A stretch of 64,000 nt of DNA from Mobula hypostoma (taxonomy: Eukaryota), in assembly GCF_963921235.1 (NCBI RefSeq), contig NC_086097.1, positions 176,640,001 to 176,704,000 of the forward strand. The letters are read 5' to 3'. The notes under the pieces were generated by a model. It was not told the origin of the DNA. It saw only the letters and a program-made list of their open reading frames with translations, and did not search any database. The translations under genes and the position numbers were made by a program. The first letter of the stretch is position 1, and the number at the start of each line of letters is the position of its first letter. Of this stretch, positions 1-13,000 are shown piece by piece.

Positions 1-2168
1 GTAAAAAGACCCTAACGGGAGTTATATACAGATCTCTGAACAGTAGGAATTCATGGAGGACTTCAAATTGCAGGTAGATTGGGAAAATCTGGTTGGTGCT
101 GGATCTCCAGAGGGAGAATTTGTAGAAATGAGATGGCTTTTTAGAGCAGATCATGTTCGAGCCCACTAGGGGATCAGCTATTCTGGGGTGGGTGTTGTGG
201 AATGAACTGGAGTTGATTAGAGAGCTAAAGGTAAAGGAACCCTTAGAAGTCAGTGATCATAATATGATAGAATTCATCTGGCAATTTGAGATGGAAAAGC
301 TGAAGTCAGATTTTACATTTATTAAAATGGAGTAATGGAAATCAGAGGCATGAGAGAGGAGCTGACTAAAATTGATTGGAGGGGAACACTAGCAGGGATG
401 ATGGCAGAGAAGCAATGGCTGGAATTTCTGGGAGCAATTCGGAAAGCACAGGATAGATAAATCCCAAAGAAGAAGAGTATTCTAAAGGCAAGATAACGCA
501 ACTGTGACTGACAAGAGAAGTCAAAGGCAACATAAAAGCTAAAGAGAGGCAAAAATTAGTCTGGCATTAGAGAATTGGTAAGCTTTTAAAAACCAACAGA
601 AGGCAACTAAAAGAAGTCATAAAGAAGGAAAAAGTGGAATATGAAGTTCAGCTAACCAATTATAGTAAAGAGGATACCAAAGTTTCTTCAGATATATAAG
701 TACAAAAGAGAGGCTACAGTGGATATCAGACCACTGGAAAATGATGCTGTAGAGGTAGCAATGGAGTTCAAGGAAATAGCGGTGGAACTGAATAAGTATT
801 TTACATCTGTCTTCACTGTGAAAGACATTACAGCATGCCAGAAGTTTGGGAGTGTCAGGGGATGGAAGTTTGAGATTGTCAGGGGACAGAAGTTAGTAAA
901 GTTACCATTATTAGGGAGAAGGTGCTTGGGAAACTGAAAGATTCAAAGATAGATAAGTCACATGGACCAGATGCTCTAAACCCCAGGGTTCTGAAAGAGG
1001 CAGCTGAAAGATCGTGGAAGCATTAGAAATGATCTTGCAAGAATTATTGCTTTCTCGCATGGTTTCAGAGGACAGGAAAATTTCAAATCTCACTCTACTT
1101 TTCAAGAAGGGAGATAAGCAGAAGAAAGGAATTATAGGCCTGTTAGTCTGACCTGAGTGGTTGGGAAGGTGTTGGTGTCAATTGCCAAGGATGTGGTTTT
1201 GGGGTACTTGAAGGGATATGATAAAATAGGCCAAAGTCTGCATTGAATTGATGGCTTTTTGGCCAAGTTTGTGGATAATGTGAAGATAGGTGGAGGGGCA
1301 GATAGTGTTGAGGAAGCAGAGAGGCTACAGAAGGACTGAGACAGATTAGGAGAATGGGCAAAGAAGTGGCAGAAAGAATACAGTGTAGGGAAAAGTATCT
1401 CCATGTACTTTGGTAGAAGTAAAAGTGTAGGCTATTTTCTAAATAGAGAGAAAATTCAAAAACCTGAGGTGCAAAGGGACTTGAGGGTTCTCATGCAGGA
1501 TTCCCTAAAGGTTAATGTACAGGTTGAGTCAGTGATGAAGAAGGCAAATGCAATGTTAGCATTCATTTTGAGGGGACTAGAAAATAAAAGCAAGGATATA
1601 AGGTTGAGGCTTTATAAAGCATTGGTGATGCTTAGAGTATTGTGAGCAGTTTGGGGCCCCTTATCTAAGGTAGGACATGCTAACATTGGAGGGCGTTCAA
1701 AGCAGGTTCACGAAAATGATTCCAGGATCGAAAGGTTTATCATATGCTGAACATTTGTTGGCTCTGGTCCTGTACTCACTGTAATTCAGAAGAATGAGAG
1801 GGGATCTCATTGAAAGGCCTTGATAGAGTGGACGTGGAGAAGATCTTTCCTGTGGTGGGGGAGTCTAAGACCAGAGGACACAGCCTCAGAATATAGTGAC
1901 ATCCATTTAGAATGGAGATGAGGAGGAATTTCTTTGGTCAGAGAATGGTAAATCTGTGGAATTTGTTGCCACAGGTGACTATGGAGGCCAAGTCATTGGG
2001 TATATTTAAGGCAAAGGTTGATGGATTCTGATTGGTCAGGGCACGAAGGGATATGGGGAGAAGGCAGGAGATTGGGGCTGAGAGGGAAATAGATCAGCCA
2101 TGATGAAGTTGCTGAGCAGACGCGATGGGCCACATGGCCTAATTCTACTCCTATACCTAATGGTCTTG
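1..2168 (+). mobile_element. CR1 LINE, decayed ORF2 (end of APE endonuclease to RT C-terminus) and 3' UTR, with an internal deletion near 1240
   Basis: Fragmentary frames give EPLEVSDHNMIEF, ELNKYFTSVFT, YRPVSLT, KKANAMLAFI...LYKALV; CR1-type 3' UTR ending in a tatggtct-like tail at ~2160; many stops and frameshifts. Confidence 0.9.
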
Positions 2169-2489
2169 ACCCATTTCGTTCCTCCAGCAGTATGCTTGTT
2201 GTTCCAGATTCCAGCATCTGCAGTCTCCTGTGTCTTAGTTCTTGTGTACTGTATCTAAATTGCATTTTATCAGGGAACAAAGGGCCTGTCCTGTGCAGTA
2301 CTGTTCTAAATAGTTTAGGAGAAGTAAATTGGTAAATTGGTTTATTATTGTCACATGCACTGAGGTGCAGTGAGAAAACCTTTCTAGCATGCTGTTCATA
2401 CAGATCAATTCATTACAAAGGTGCATTGAGGTAGTACAAAGTAAAACAATAACAGATTGCAGAATGATGTGTTACAGTTACAGAACACA

Positions 2490-2843
2490 AATAGCAGGAG
2501 GTACAGAAGCCTTAGGACCCACACCGCCAGGTTCACATACAGTGAACAACCATCAGGCTCCTGAAGTGGCAAAGCTAACTTCATTCACCACTACTCTAAA
2601 CTAATTCCACAGCCTACAGACTCACTTTTAAGGACTCTTTATAGCTTATGTTCTCATTTTGTTATTTGCACAATTTGACTTCTTTTGCAAAAAAGTTGGT
2701 TGTCAGTCTGTTTGTGTATAGATTTTCATACATTCTATTGTCTTTCTTTATTACTTGCAAGAAAATTAATCTCAGGGTTATATACAGCAACATATATGTA
2801 CTTTGATAATAATTTTACTTAGAACCTTTGAACTCTGAACTTT
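2490..2843 (+). mobile_element. Rex1/Babar-type LINE 3' end fragment
   Basis: GRRYRSL-coding motif (ggcaggaggtacagaagcct-like) at ~2495, then the AT-rich 3' UTR and (tttgaac)n tail shared with other copies in the window. Confidence 0.7.
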
Positions 2844-3129
2844 AACCATGGCACAGCATGCTACGGACAAAGTGCAGGTCAAAGAGATTAGTATCAGTGG
2901 TATCTGATGGTTGACACAGGATGTTGGGCTGAAGGACCAGTTTCTTTGCCATATGACTCTATGATTCCATGGTCATGGGTGGTCCAAAATAAAGTTAATG
3001 GGTGGAATTGCCATACAGTGAACTTACTGAAAGGTGGACAGAGGCAGGTTACAAACAAAATTATTTGGATTACCTCAATCTCATAGAGGGAAAAATCTCC
3101 CATTTTCATGCAGAGTGATCACAGTGTTG

Positions 3130-3625
3130 CTAAAGTGTAGTGACTAGGGTTATTCTGGTTCATTCAAAAGTCAAATGGTTGAAGGGAAGCAGTTGTTCTT
3201 GAATCTGGTGATGTAGGACTTCAGGCTTCTGTATTCTTGCCCTATAGCAGCTGTGAGAAGATAGCATTGCCCAAATGATGAGGATCTTTGATGATGAATG
3301 TTGTTTTCTTGAGGCATTACCTCCTGCAGATGCTACTGATGAGGAGGAATGTGTTTATGATGTATTGGGCAGAGTCCAGTACACTCTGCAGTTTCTTACA
3401 TTCCTGCACATTCAGACTGCCATACCAGACCAGGATATAACCAGTCAGAATACTGTCAACAGTACATCTGTAGATATCTGTTAGTGTTCAGGGACAAGAT
3501 GAACCTCCTTAACTTCCTACGAAAGTAAAGACACTGGCATACCTTCTTTGCGATTGCATCCTATGTGCTGAACACAGGACAGATCACCCAATATGTCAAT
3601 AGTCAAGAATTTAAAGCTGCTGACT
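3130..3625 (-). mobile_element. Rex1/Babar-type LINE fragment (RT C-terminal region)
   Basis: Colinear with the better preserved copy at 38831-40205 (gaagggaagcagttgttcttgaatctgg..., aggatctttgatgatg...). Confidence 0.7.
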
Positions 3626-4204
3626 TCATGACAGGATTTGAGTTAACACTTTACTGCATTAGTGCAAGAATTTTAATGTTTTATTAGCTAAAATGGTGAT
3701 ATTAACATCTGTAAATATGTTGGGATATGATGTAGAATTTACTTCCCTGCCCTCACCCACTGGGTCCTGCTAGTGAAGAAGAAAGCTCTCACCAACTGTG
3801 AGAGTCACCAGTATGACTGCACAACATGACAGTGTTAGCAGTGAGTAATAAACAGCATGGAGAAGAGAACAGCTGGCATAGGGCCATGTACGCAACACAA
3901 ACACAATCATGGTTTTCAGATGTCTTACTAAATCAGTCAACCTTCACTCCAGCTGTTTTCAGGTTATCAAACTTCTGACACTTCATTATAAATTTGTAAT
4001 CCTCTCCAGTTCAAATATATAATTTTTGTCAGCTGTTTAACGTAACTAATTGATTGACAACATTATAGAATTGCATTCTCTTAGCTACATTGTACAAAAG
4101 ATGATCTTTTATTAAGATATGCTTGATTACCCCAAGCTATCGTTGGGAAAGTGCACCCTAAGATGCAAAGAGGGTAGATTTTCCTTTCTATAGATTCATG
4201 GATA

Positions 4205-4690
4205 AGGTCATAGAGTCATAGAATCATATAGCATTGAAACATGACCTTCAGCCTAACTGTTCCCTCTCAATCAAGATGCCCCTCTAACACATTCCCATTT
4301 GCCCTCATTTGGCCCATATCTCTCTAAGCCTTTCCTATCAATGTACCTGTCCAACAGTTTTTAAAAGTTGTTACTGTCCATGCCTCAACCATTTCCTCTG
4401 ACAGTTCATACCATAACTAACCTCCCTGTGCATTAAAGCGTTGTCTGCCAGGTCCTTCTAAAATCTAAATGCAGAGGCTGGGAGGACCTTTTTATCTTGA
4501 GTTATACAACATAGAAACTTGCTGTTGACCCAACTGGCCCATGCTATCCAAGACATTTATGTAAGATAGTCCCAATTGCCTGTGTTTGACTGATATCCCT
4601 CTAAACCTTTCCTATCTATTTACAAATTCAACTGCCTTTTAAATGTTGTTAATGTACCTGACTCATCTCTGTAAACTGCTTACCCAAACA
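4205..4690 (-). mobile_element. Two adjacent CR1 3'-end fragments
   Basis: Reverse-complement CR1 3' UTR with (catagagt)-type tail at 4207 and a second tail at ~4500. Confidence 0.65.
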
Positions 4691-4764
4691 ATACCACAAA
4701 AGATCCCACAGACGTACTGCAGCAATGGAAAAAAGAAGGTGACACAGTGGAATAGAGTCAGTGT

Positions 4765-5065
4765 GAGAGACCCACATTCGATCCTGACCTTGGGTGCTGT
4801 CCATGTGGAGTTTGCAAGTTCTCCCTGTGACCATGTGGCCTTACCCCACGTGCTTTGGTTTCCTTCCACATCCCAAATATATATGGGATAGTAAGTCAGC
4901 TGTCTGCTTTAAGTTGCCTCCAGTGTGTAGGAGGGTGGTAGAATCTGGAAAGACCTCATGAGAATACAGGGAGGATGAAGAAATTGGGGTTAATGTAGGA
5001 TTAAATAGATATTTGAAGATCAGCAAGTTCTCAATGGGCCGAAGAACCTGGTTCTGTGATATATG
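4765..5065 (+). mobile_element. tRNA-derived V-SINE (HE1-like)
   Basis: Degenerate B-box-like ttcgatcc, V-domain-like tggagtttgcaagttctccctgtgaccatgtgg...tttccttccacatcccaaa, CR1-like 3' tail (gggccgaagaacctggttctgtg). Confidence 0.7.
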
Positions 5066-5283
5066 ATTATGTCTAAAGAAATAAAAACACAGGCATCAAA
5101 TATGAGATGTCTTTGCAGGAGATATCTCATCAAAAGTACCAGTGGAACTTCAGATATGTGAAGGAAAAGCCAGCCACGGAGATATTCACATTTATATTCA
5201 CATTATTACAGATTCTGGATGCCCCTCAAGCATGCTATAACTGATTCAGTCTTTGTAATTACCTTTGCTACCTCTCGACTCAC

Positions 5284-5354
5284 CTGCTCCAAAGCATTGC
5301 CTGCTGGATTCTCTTGATTTAATCTCCATTGGGGAGGGCAAAGGGCTTTTCCAC
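5284..5354 (-). other. Candidate 71-nt host exon (unverified)
   Basis: Minus strand: ctctttctctttgcttaaag|GTGGAA...GGAGCAG|gtgagtc; strong acceptor and donor in non-TE sequence; two open frames (GKALCPPQWRLNQENPAGNALEQ or WKSPLPSPMEIKSRESSRQCFGA). Confidence 0.3.
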
Positions 5355-5604
5355 CTTTAAGCAAAGAGAAAGAGATTTAATGAAGGTGAATGAAACCAGC
5401 GTGGTTCTGGACCAGGGTAAAGAGGGAAGGTGTTCCAATTATTGGACACAGAGATAAATCTGGAGCAAAACACAAAGGAATGAATATGGAATATGAAGAA
5501 ATTATTTCTTTTCCGGAGAGACAAGTTACATCTTGTTGTTGGAGGGGATACTGATTCTGTAGGGCTTGAGGGAATAATTTGCAAGACTATGGGGAAAGGA
5601 TAAG

Positions 5605-7045
5605 ATCATAAAACCATGAACCAGTAAGACAGGAGCAGAATTAGGCCATTTGGTCCATCAAGACGGTTCCACCATTCAATCCTGGCTGATTTGTTTTTAT
5701 ATTTCAACCCCAATCTCAAAGTTCAAAGTAAAATTTATTATTCGAGTACATACATTTCTTTTTCTGCAGGCATACTTAACAAGTCTATAGAGCAGTACCT
5801 GTAAACAGGATTAATGAACAACAGTGCAAATGCAAATATGAATAAGAAACAAGAAATAGCAAGTATGAAATAACAAGATAAAGAGTCCTTAAACTGAGAC
5901 ATCTGTTGTGGGAACACCGGAAACAGAATGAGTGTAATTAGCCACTTTTGTTCAAGAGTCTGATGGTTGAGGGGTAGTAACTGTTCTTGAACCTGGTGGT
6001 GCTTGCCCTGAGGCACTTGTACTTTCTACCTGATGGCAGCAGTGAGAAAAGAGCTTGGCCTGTGTGGTGAGGATCTTTGATGATGGATGCTGCTGCTTTT
6101 CCACGACAAATTTTCACGTAGATGTGATCAATGGTTGGGGCGGGGGTGTGGTTACCCGTGATGTACTAGGCTGAATCCACTACCTTTTGAAGGATTTTCT
6201 GCTCAAGGGCGTTGGTGTTCCCATTCCAGGCTGTAATGCAGCCAGTCAATATACTATCCACCACATGTCTATAGAAGTTTGCCAAGGCTTTTGATGACAT
6301 GTCGAATATCCACAGATTCCTGAGGAAGTTGAGGTGTTGCCGTGCTTTCTTCACAATTCTGTTTATAGGATTTATATCCAGGACAGGTCCTCTGAGATGG
6401 TGACACCCAGGATTTTAAAGTTACTGGCCCTCTCCACCTCTGATCCTCTGATCAATACTGACTCATGGATTCTGTTTCTCTCTCCTGAAGTCTACAATCA
6501 GTTCCTTGATCTTGCAGACACTGAATGAGAGATTGTTGTAATGACACCACCCTGCCAAATTCTCAATATCCTTCCTGTCTGCTGATTCATCACCACATTT
6601 GATATGACCCACATCAGTGGTGTCATCAGCAAACTTGTATATGATGTTTGAGTTATACTTTGTCGCACAGTCATAGGTTTAAAAGGAGTAAAGCAGGGGG
6701 CTACGCACACATCCCTGTGATGCTCCTGTGCTAATGGAGATTGTGCTGGAGATGTTTTTGTCAATCCTAACTCACTAGGGTCTGCAAGTGAGGAAATCCA
6801 GGTTCCAATTGCAAAATTGGGTATAGATGCCCAGGTCTGGAGTTTACTGACTATTTTGAGGGGAGGTCTTGGAGTTTACTGATGAGTTTTGAGGGTTCTG
6901 AATCTCCTGACTTCTCACAATTACTTTTGATGTCCTTACTAATCAAGAACCTATCAACCTGAACTTTAAATATAACCAATAACTTGGCCTCCATAACGGT
7001 CTATGGCAATCATCCTCTGTACGACCATTCTATCTAGGCTTTTCA
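5605..7045 (-). mobile_element. CR1 3' end interrupted by a Rex1-type insertion
   Basis: CR1 3' UTR reverse complement runs to 5717 and resumes at 6901. Confidence 0.7.
5718..6900 (-). mobile_element. 5'-truncated Rex1/Babar-type LINE with TSD AATCTC
   Basis: ORF pieces KKARQHLNFLRNL...[19 protein letters not shown] and a KFADDTT-coding segment at ~6615-6635; aatctc at 5712-5717 and 6901-6906; tail aaagttcaaagt. Confidence 0.85.
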
Positions 7046-8815
7046 ATATTCAGTTGGTCTCAATGAGATCCTACACGCCCCCCCCCCCCCATTCTTCAGC
7101 AAGTACAGGCTGAAAGCCACCAAACGCTTTGAGCAGAGATCAATTTGGAGATTGGAATCCTGAGAAGATGTAATTCGCACAGGTTCACCGATAGAGTAGA
7201 AAAGGCAGCGACTTGCAGCAGTTTGGTGCATTGAACAGCAGCCTATCCGCGTTCGGGATTGATTGAAAAGAATAAGTTAAGGTAAGGTAGGGGCAAGAGG
7301 AGCAGCCATTTTTGGAGTGGCCATTGTCAGAGTGGTCAGAGTTAGAGTGTTTTTTGAGGCTTCAGCAAGGAAAGGCTTGAGTAAGAAAAGGCAGAAAAGC
7401 TGTATGTAGAGTTTTTTTTCCTCCCCCACAGTTAATAGTTTTTCATTCTTTATAGCTGGTCAGTTAGAACAGTAGCGCTGTCAGGCAGAATAGTGGAATG
7501 CTCCTCTTGCAGGATGTAGGAAGGCATTCCCCAGCAGAGATACTTAAAACATCCTGAGGGACAACTGAGGTACCAGAGGATTGGAGGATAGCCAAAGTTG
7601 TTCTGCTGTTTAAAAAAGGCTCAAAAAATAAACCAGGAAATTATCGGCCGGTGAGCCTGACATCAAAAGTGGGAAAGTTATTGGAAGATATTCCAAGGGA
7701 CTGGACATATGAGAATTTGGATAGACATGGTCTGATTAAGAATATTCAATGTGGCTCCATGCATGGCAGGTCATGTTTAATAATTTTATAGAGTTCTTCG
7801 ATGAAGTTACAAGAAAAGTTGATGAAGGCAAGACAGTGGATGTTGTCTACATGGACTTTAGAAGGTATTTGACAAGGTCCTGCATGGGACGTTGGTCAAG
7901 AAGGTTTAGTCACTCGACATTCAAGATGAGGTAGTAAATTGGATTAGACATTGGCTTTGTGGAAGAAGCCAGAGAATGGTATTATATGGTTGCCTCTCAC
8001 TGGAGGCCTGTATCTAGTGGAGTGCCGCAGGGATCCAGTCCTGGGTCCATTGTTGTGGAGGTGTGGTGGACAATGAGGAAGACTATCATGGCTTGCAGTG
8101 GGATCAGGACCAGCTGGAAAAATGGGCTGAAAAGTGACAGATGGAATTTAATATAGACAAGTACGAGGTGTCGCACTTCAGTAGGTCGAACCAGAGTAGG
8201 TCTTACACAGTGAACGGTAGGGTACTGAGAAGTGCGATAGAAACAAAGGGATCTGGGAATAGAGGTCTATAATTCATTGAAAATGACATCATAGCTTGAT
8301 AGGGTCATAAAGAAAGCTTTTGGCACATTGGCCTTCATAAATCAAAGCACTGAGTACAGTAGATAGGATGTTATGTTGAAGTTGTATTAGTCATTGGTGA
8401 GGCCTTATTTGGAGTATTCTGTGTGGCTTTGGTCACTAACCTACAGGAAATATGTAAATAAGGTTGTAAGAGTACAGAGAAGATTTACAAGGATGTTGCT
8501 GGGACTGGTGGACCTGAGTTATAAGGAAAGATTGAACAGGTTAGGATTTTATTCCTTGAAACACAGAAATCTGAGATATTTGATAGAGGTATACAAATTT
8601 ATGAGTGGTATAGATAGGTAAATGCAAGCAGGCTTTTTCCACTGAGGTTGGGTGGGACTGCAACCAGAGATCATGGGTTAAAGTTTGGACAATTCAGTCA
8701 GGGGTGTGTAAAAAGAGCTACCTTTTAATCAGAGCTATGATGCAGGTTTTAAAGGCAGCTCTTTGAGCCACTTTCTCTGAGTTGAGGAGCAACCAATCAT
8801 CAAGAGGGATACATA

Positions 8816-9530
8816 TGTAGCCCCCTGGTAAGCCTCAGGCTCGCTCAACTCGCTTTCGTTTAGGGGAAGCAGCCCTTGGCCCCGCCAAACTGGGTAATCA
8901 AGTTTGTGTGGATGCTGTGTGAGGTACCCCACCCCGCCAGATAACAGACAATACACCATATGCGATTAAATGATTACAATTTATAGATATTACTGGAACT
9001 ATGTAATTAATAGAGATAAAATATAAAAGGAAAGTGAAAGGCGCCAAACTTATCAAAGTTCAACCACTTCGTGCACAACAGTTGGAGCTCAAGTAACGGG
9101 GTCCTCTTTCCACCATTCGATCCCCTCCGACCCCCTCAACCCGCCGCCTGGGACCAACCATAGTCGTCGTCCAGACACTCCACACAAGTCGGTCTTCGTC
9201 TCCTCTCCTTGCCGAAGACCCTGGGCCTTGGACTCCCGCTCGGGGTCCGTCCCATCGCCAGCTTACAGCATCGTGTCTTCTACCTCTGTCCCCATTGCGC
9301 CTTCTCCGCCAAAACCCGCGAACAATAGCTTACAGACACACAAGAAAGAATAACATCTATCCCAATTGGTTCGTTCTCTCACTCATCAATAATATAACCC
9401 AAACAAGCAGAGAGAGAGAGAGAGAGAACTTATATCGCAGTTATTTCAGAAAAGCCATTTCAATTATAACCTAACAAAGAAGCCATTTTGATTAGCCTAC
9501 ACAGTAACATAAAAGAAGAAACCCCTTACA
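8816..9530 (-). mobile_element. Solo LTR (Gypsy-like) with 4-bp TSD CATA
   Basis: Starts TGTAG at 8816, ends TTACA at 9530; CATA at 8812-8815 and 9531-9534; no ORF; similar in opposite orientation to 29949-30512. Confidence 0.85.
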
Positions 9531-9737
9531 CATAGAAAGGACCAATAAAAATAATTGAAGTGCAAGTGGAGTGGCCATTCTTTTGGAGTGTGCCTGTGTT
9601 GAGAGTGGCTTTGGCGAGATCAGATTTGGGTGAGGTAAATTCTCTTGCAACTTACTTTCTCTCTGTTCTTATTTATTTATTCCTCATCTGTTAGGGTATA
9701 GTAGGCTAGTGAGAATGGCTCCAGGGGTAGTGTTTTT

Positions 9738-10088
9738 CAGAATCAGAATCAGAATCAGGTTTATTATCATCAGCATGTGTCGTGAAATTAGCAGCAGCAG
9801 TTCAATGCAATACATAATAGTGAACAAAATAAATAAATAAATAGATTACCATATATGTATATTGAATAAATTAAAAATAATGCAAAAAACAGAAATAATA
9901 TATATTAAAAAAGTGAGGTAGTTTCCAAGGGTTCAATGTTCATTTAGGGATCGGATGGCAGAGGGGAAGAAGCTGTTCCTGAATCACTGAATGTGAGCCT
10001 TCAGGCTTCTGTATCTCCTACCTGATGGTAACAGTGAGAAAAGGGCATGCCCTGGGTGCTGGAGGTCCTTAATAATGGACACTGCCTT
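9738..10088 (-). mobile_element. Rex1/Babar-type 3' end inserted in CR1 ORF1
   Basis: (agaatc)n tail at 9738; encodes [36 protein letters not shown]; near-identical to 38831-39230. Confidence 0.85.
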
Positions 10089-13000
10089 TCTGAGACACCA
10101 CTCCTTGAATATGTACTGTATGTGGGATATGGAAAGTCTGGGAGATCTCCAGTCTCCCAAAAAAACACATCTGCACCAGGTGCACTGAGCTGCAGCTCCT
10201 GAGGGAATGTATGAAGAAACGGGAGCTGCAGTTTGATGACCTTTGACTCTTATAGGAGAATGAGAAGGTTGATAGACGGGAGCTACTGAGAGGTAGTCAC
10301 CCCTAGGTTGCAGGAGACAGGTGACTTGGTGACTATCATGAGAAGGAGGGGAAATGCAGCCTAGCCAGTGCAGATTACACCTGTGGCCATTCCCCTCAAT
10401 AATAATAACTTTAGATACTATTAAGGGGGAGGACCTGTTGGAGGCAACCACAATGACCAAGTCTTTGCACTGTCTGGTGCTGTGGCTCCGAAGGGCAGAG
10501 AGGTGAAGAGAACTGCAGTGTGGACAGGAGATCCCACAGTCAGAGGAGCAGAGACAGGGTTCAGTGGGTGTGATAGAGCACGTAGATGACATCTTGCCAC
10601 CCTGGTGCCAGGATCAGGGATGTCTCGAATTGGGACCACAGCATTTGAAAAGAGGAGAGCAAGCAGCCAGAAGTCTCAGGACACTTTGCCACCAATGACA
10701 TAGGTAGGAAAGGTGAGGAGATCCTGTAGAGAGGTTTTAGGGAGCTAGGTAGAGAGCTGAGAAATAGAATCTCCAGGGTAGCAATCTCTGGATTGTTGCC
10801 TGTGCCACACACCAGTGAAGGTAAGAATAGAATGATCTTGCAGGTGAAAGTGTGGCTGAGGAACTGGTGCAGGGGGCTGGGTTCAGATTTCTGGATCAAT
10901 ATGATCTCTTCTGGGGAATGTATGATTTGCACCAAAGCGACAAGTTAGACCTGAACCCAAGGGGGTCCAATGCTCTTGCGGGCAGATTGACTAGAGTTGT
11001 TTGGGTGGGTTTAAACTTATTAGCAGTGAGATGGGAACTGAAGAGATAGTGCTGAAGATGAGATAGTTGGTTACAAACAGAGGCAATTTATAGTGAGACC
11101 TCTCACAAGGAGAGGCTGATGATGAGATAAATTGCAATTAACAATGTGAGTTGCAACGTAAAAGTCGGACACAATCGAAAAGGGTGAAATCAGAACTGAA
11201 GTTGTTATATTTGAATGTGCACAGTATGAAGAATGAGGTAGCTGAACTTGTAGCACAGTTACAGTTTGGCATGTATGATGTTGTAGGCAGGCAGGCAGGA
11301 AGGCAGAGTGGGTTGTGTTGCTCTGTTAGAAAGAGGTGACATAGGGTTGGAAGGTGTTGAATCACTATGGATAGAGCTAAAGAACTGCAAGGGTAAAAAG
11401 ACACTGATGGGGATTGTATACAGACCCCCAAACAGTAGTAAGGATGTGGTTTGCAAATTACAATGGGAGATAGAAAATGCATTCCAAAAGGGCAATGATA
11501 AAATAGTCATGGAGCATTTCAATATAGGTAGATTGGAAAAATTAGGCCAGTGCTGGATTCCAAAAGGGGGATTTTCTAGAATGCCTAAGAAATGGATTTT
11601 AAGAGCAGCTTGAGGTTGACCCTATCAGCTATTTTGGATTAGGTGTTATGCAATGAACCAGAATTGTTTAACAATCTTAAGGTAAAAGAACCCTTCAGGA
11701 CAAGTGATCATTAACTGATCAAATTCACTCTGAAATTTGAGAAGAGAGAAGGAGAAGCTACAGTCAGATGTATCAGTATTACAGTGGAGTAAAGGGAATT
11801 ACAGAGGAATGAGAGAGGAGTTGGTCAGAATTGATTGGAAAAGGTTACGAGCAGGGATGACGGCAGAGCAGCAATGGCTAGACTTTCTGGAAGTAATTTG
11901 GAAGGCACAGGATATACTTCCCAAAGAGGAAGAAGTGTTCTAAAGGCAAGATGTCACATCTGTGGCTAAGATGAGAAATCAAAGCCGCTATAAAATCCAA
12001 AGGGAGAGCATATAATAGAGCAAAAATTTGCAAGGTGTCAGACAATTCAGAGGCTTTAAAAACCAATCAAAGGCAACTGAAGAAGTCATTAAGAAAGTAA
12101 AGATGGAATATGAAAGAAGACTGGAAAATTGCAAATGTCACTCCACCGTTCATGAAGGGAGAGAGACCGAAGAAAGGAAATATTAGGCCAGTTAGTGTTT
12201 GGGCAAGACGTGGAGTCGATTGTTAAGGATGTGTTTAAGGATGAACTTGAAAGCACGTGATAAAATTGGCCATAGTTAGCATAGCTTCCTCAAGGGAAAA
12301 TCTTGCCTGACAAATCTGTTGGTATTCTTTGAAGAAATAACAAGTAGGATAGACAAAGGAGAATCACTTGACGTTGCATCCTTGGATTTTCAGAAGGCCT
12401 TGGATAACTTGCTGCACATGAGGTTGCTTATGAGCCTATGGTAGTACAGAAAAAGATTCTAGCATGGATAAAGCAGTGACTAATTGGCAGGAGGCAAAGA
12501 GTGGGGGAAAAGGGAGCCTTTTCTGGTTAGCTGCTGGTGACTGGTGGTGTTCCACAGGGGTCTGCGTGGGACCAATTCTTTTTATGTTTTTTTCAATGAT
12601 TTGGATGATGGAATTGATGGCTCTGTTGCAAAGTTTGCAGACGATACAAAGATAGGTGGAGGGACAGGTAACTTTGAGGAAGCAGAGAGGCTACAGAAGG
12701 ATGTAGACAGACTAGGAGAATGGGCAAAGAAGTGGTAGATGGAATACCGTGTTGAGAAGTGTATGGTCATGCACTTTGGTAGAAGAAATGAAATGATTGA
12801 CTATTTTCTCAATGGTGAGAAAATACAAAAAACTGAGGTGCAAAGGGATGGCGTAGGATTCCTCAAAGGTTAATTTGCAGGTTGAGTCTGTGGTGAGGAA
12901 GGCAAATGTGATGCTAGCGTTCATTTCAAGAGGACTAGAATATAAAAACAAGGATGTAATGTTGAGACTTTATAAAGCACTGGTGAGGCTTCGCTTGGAG

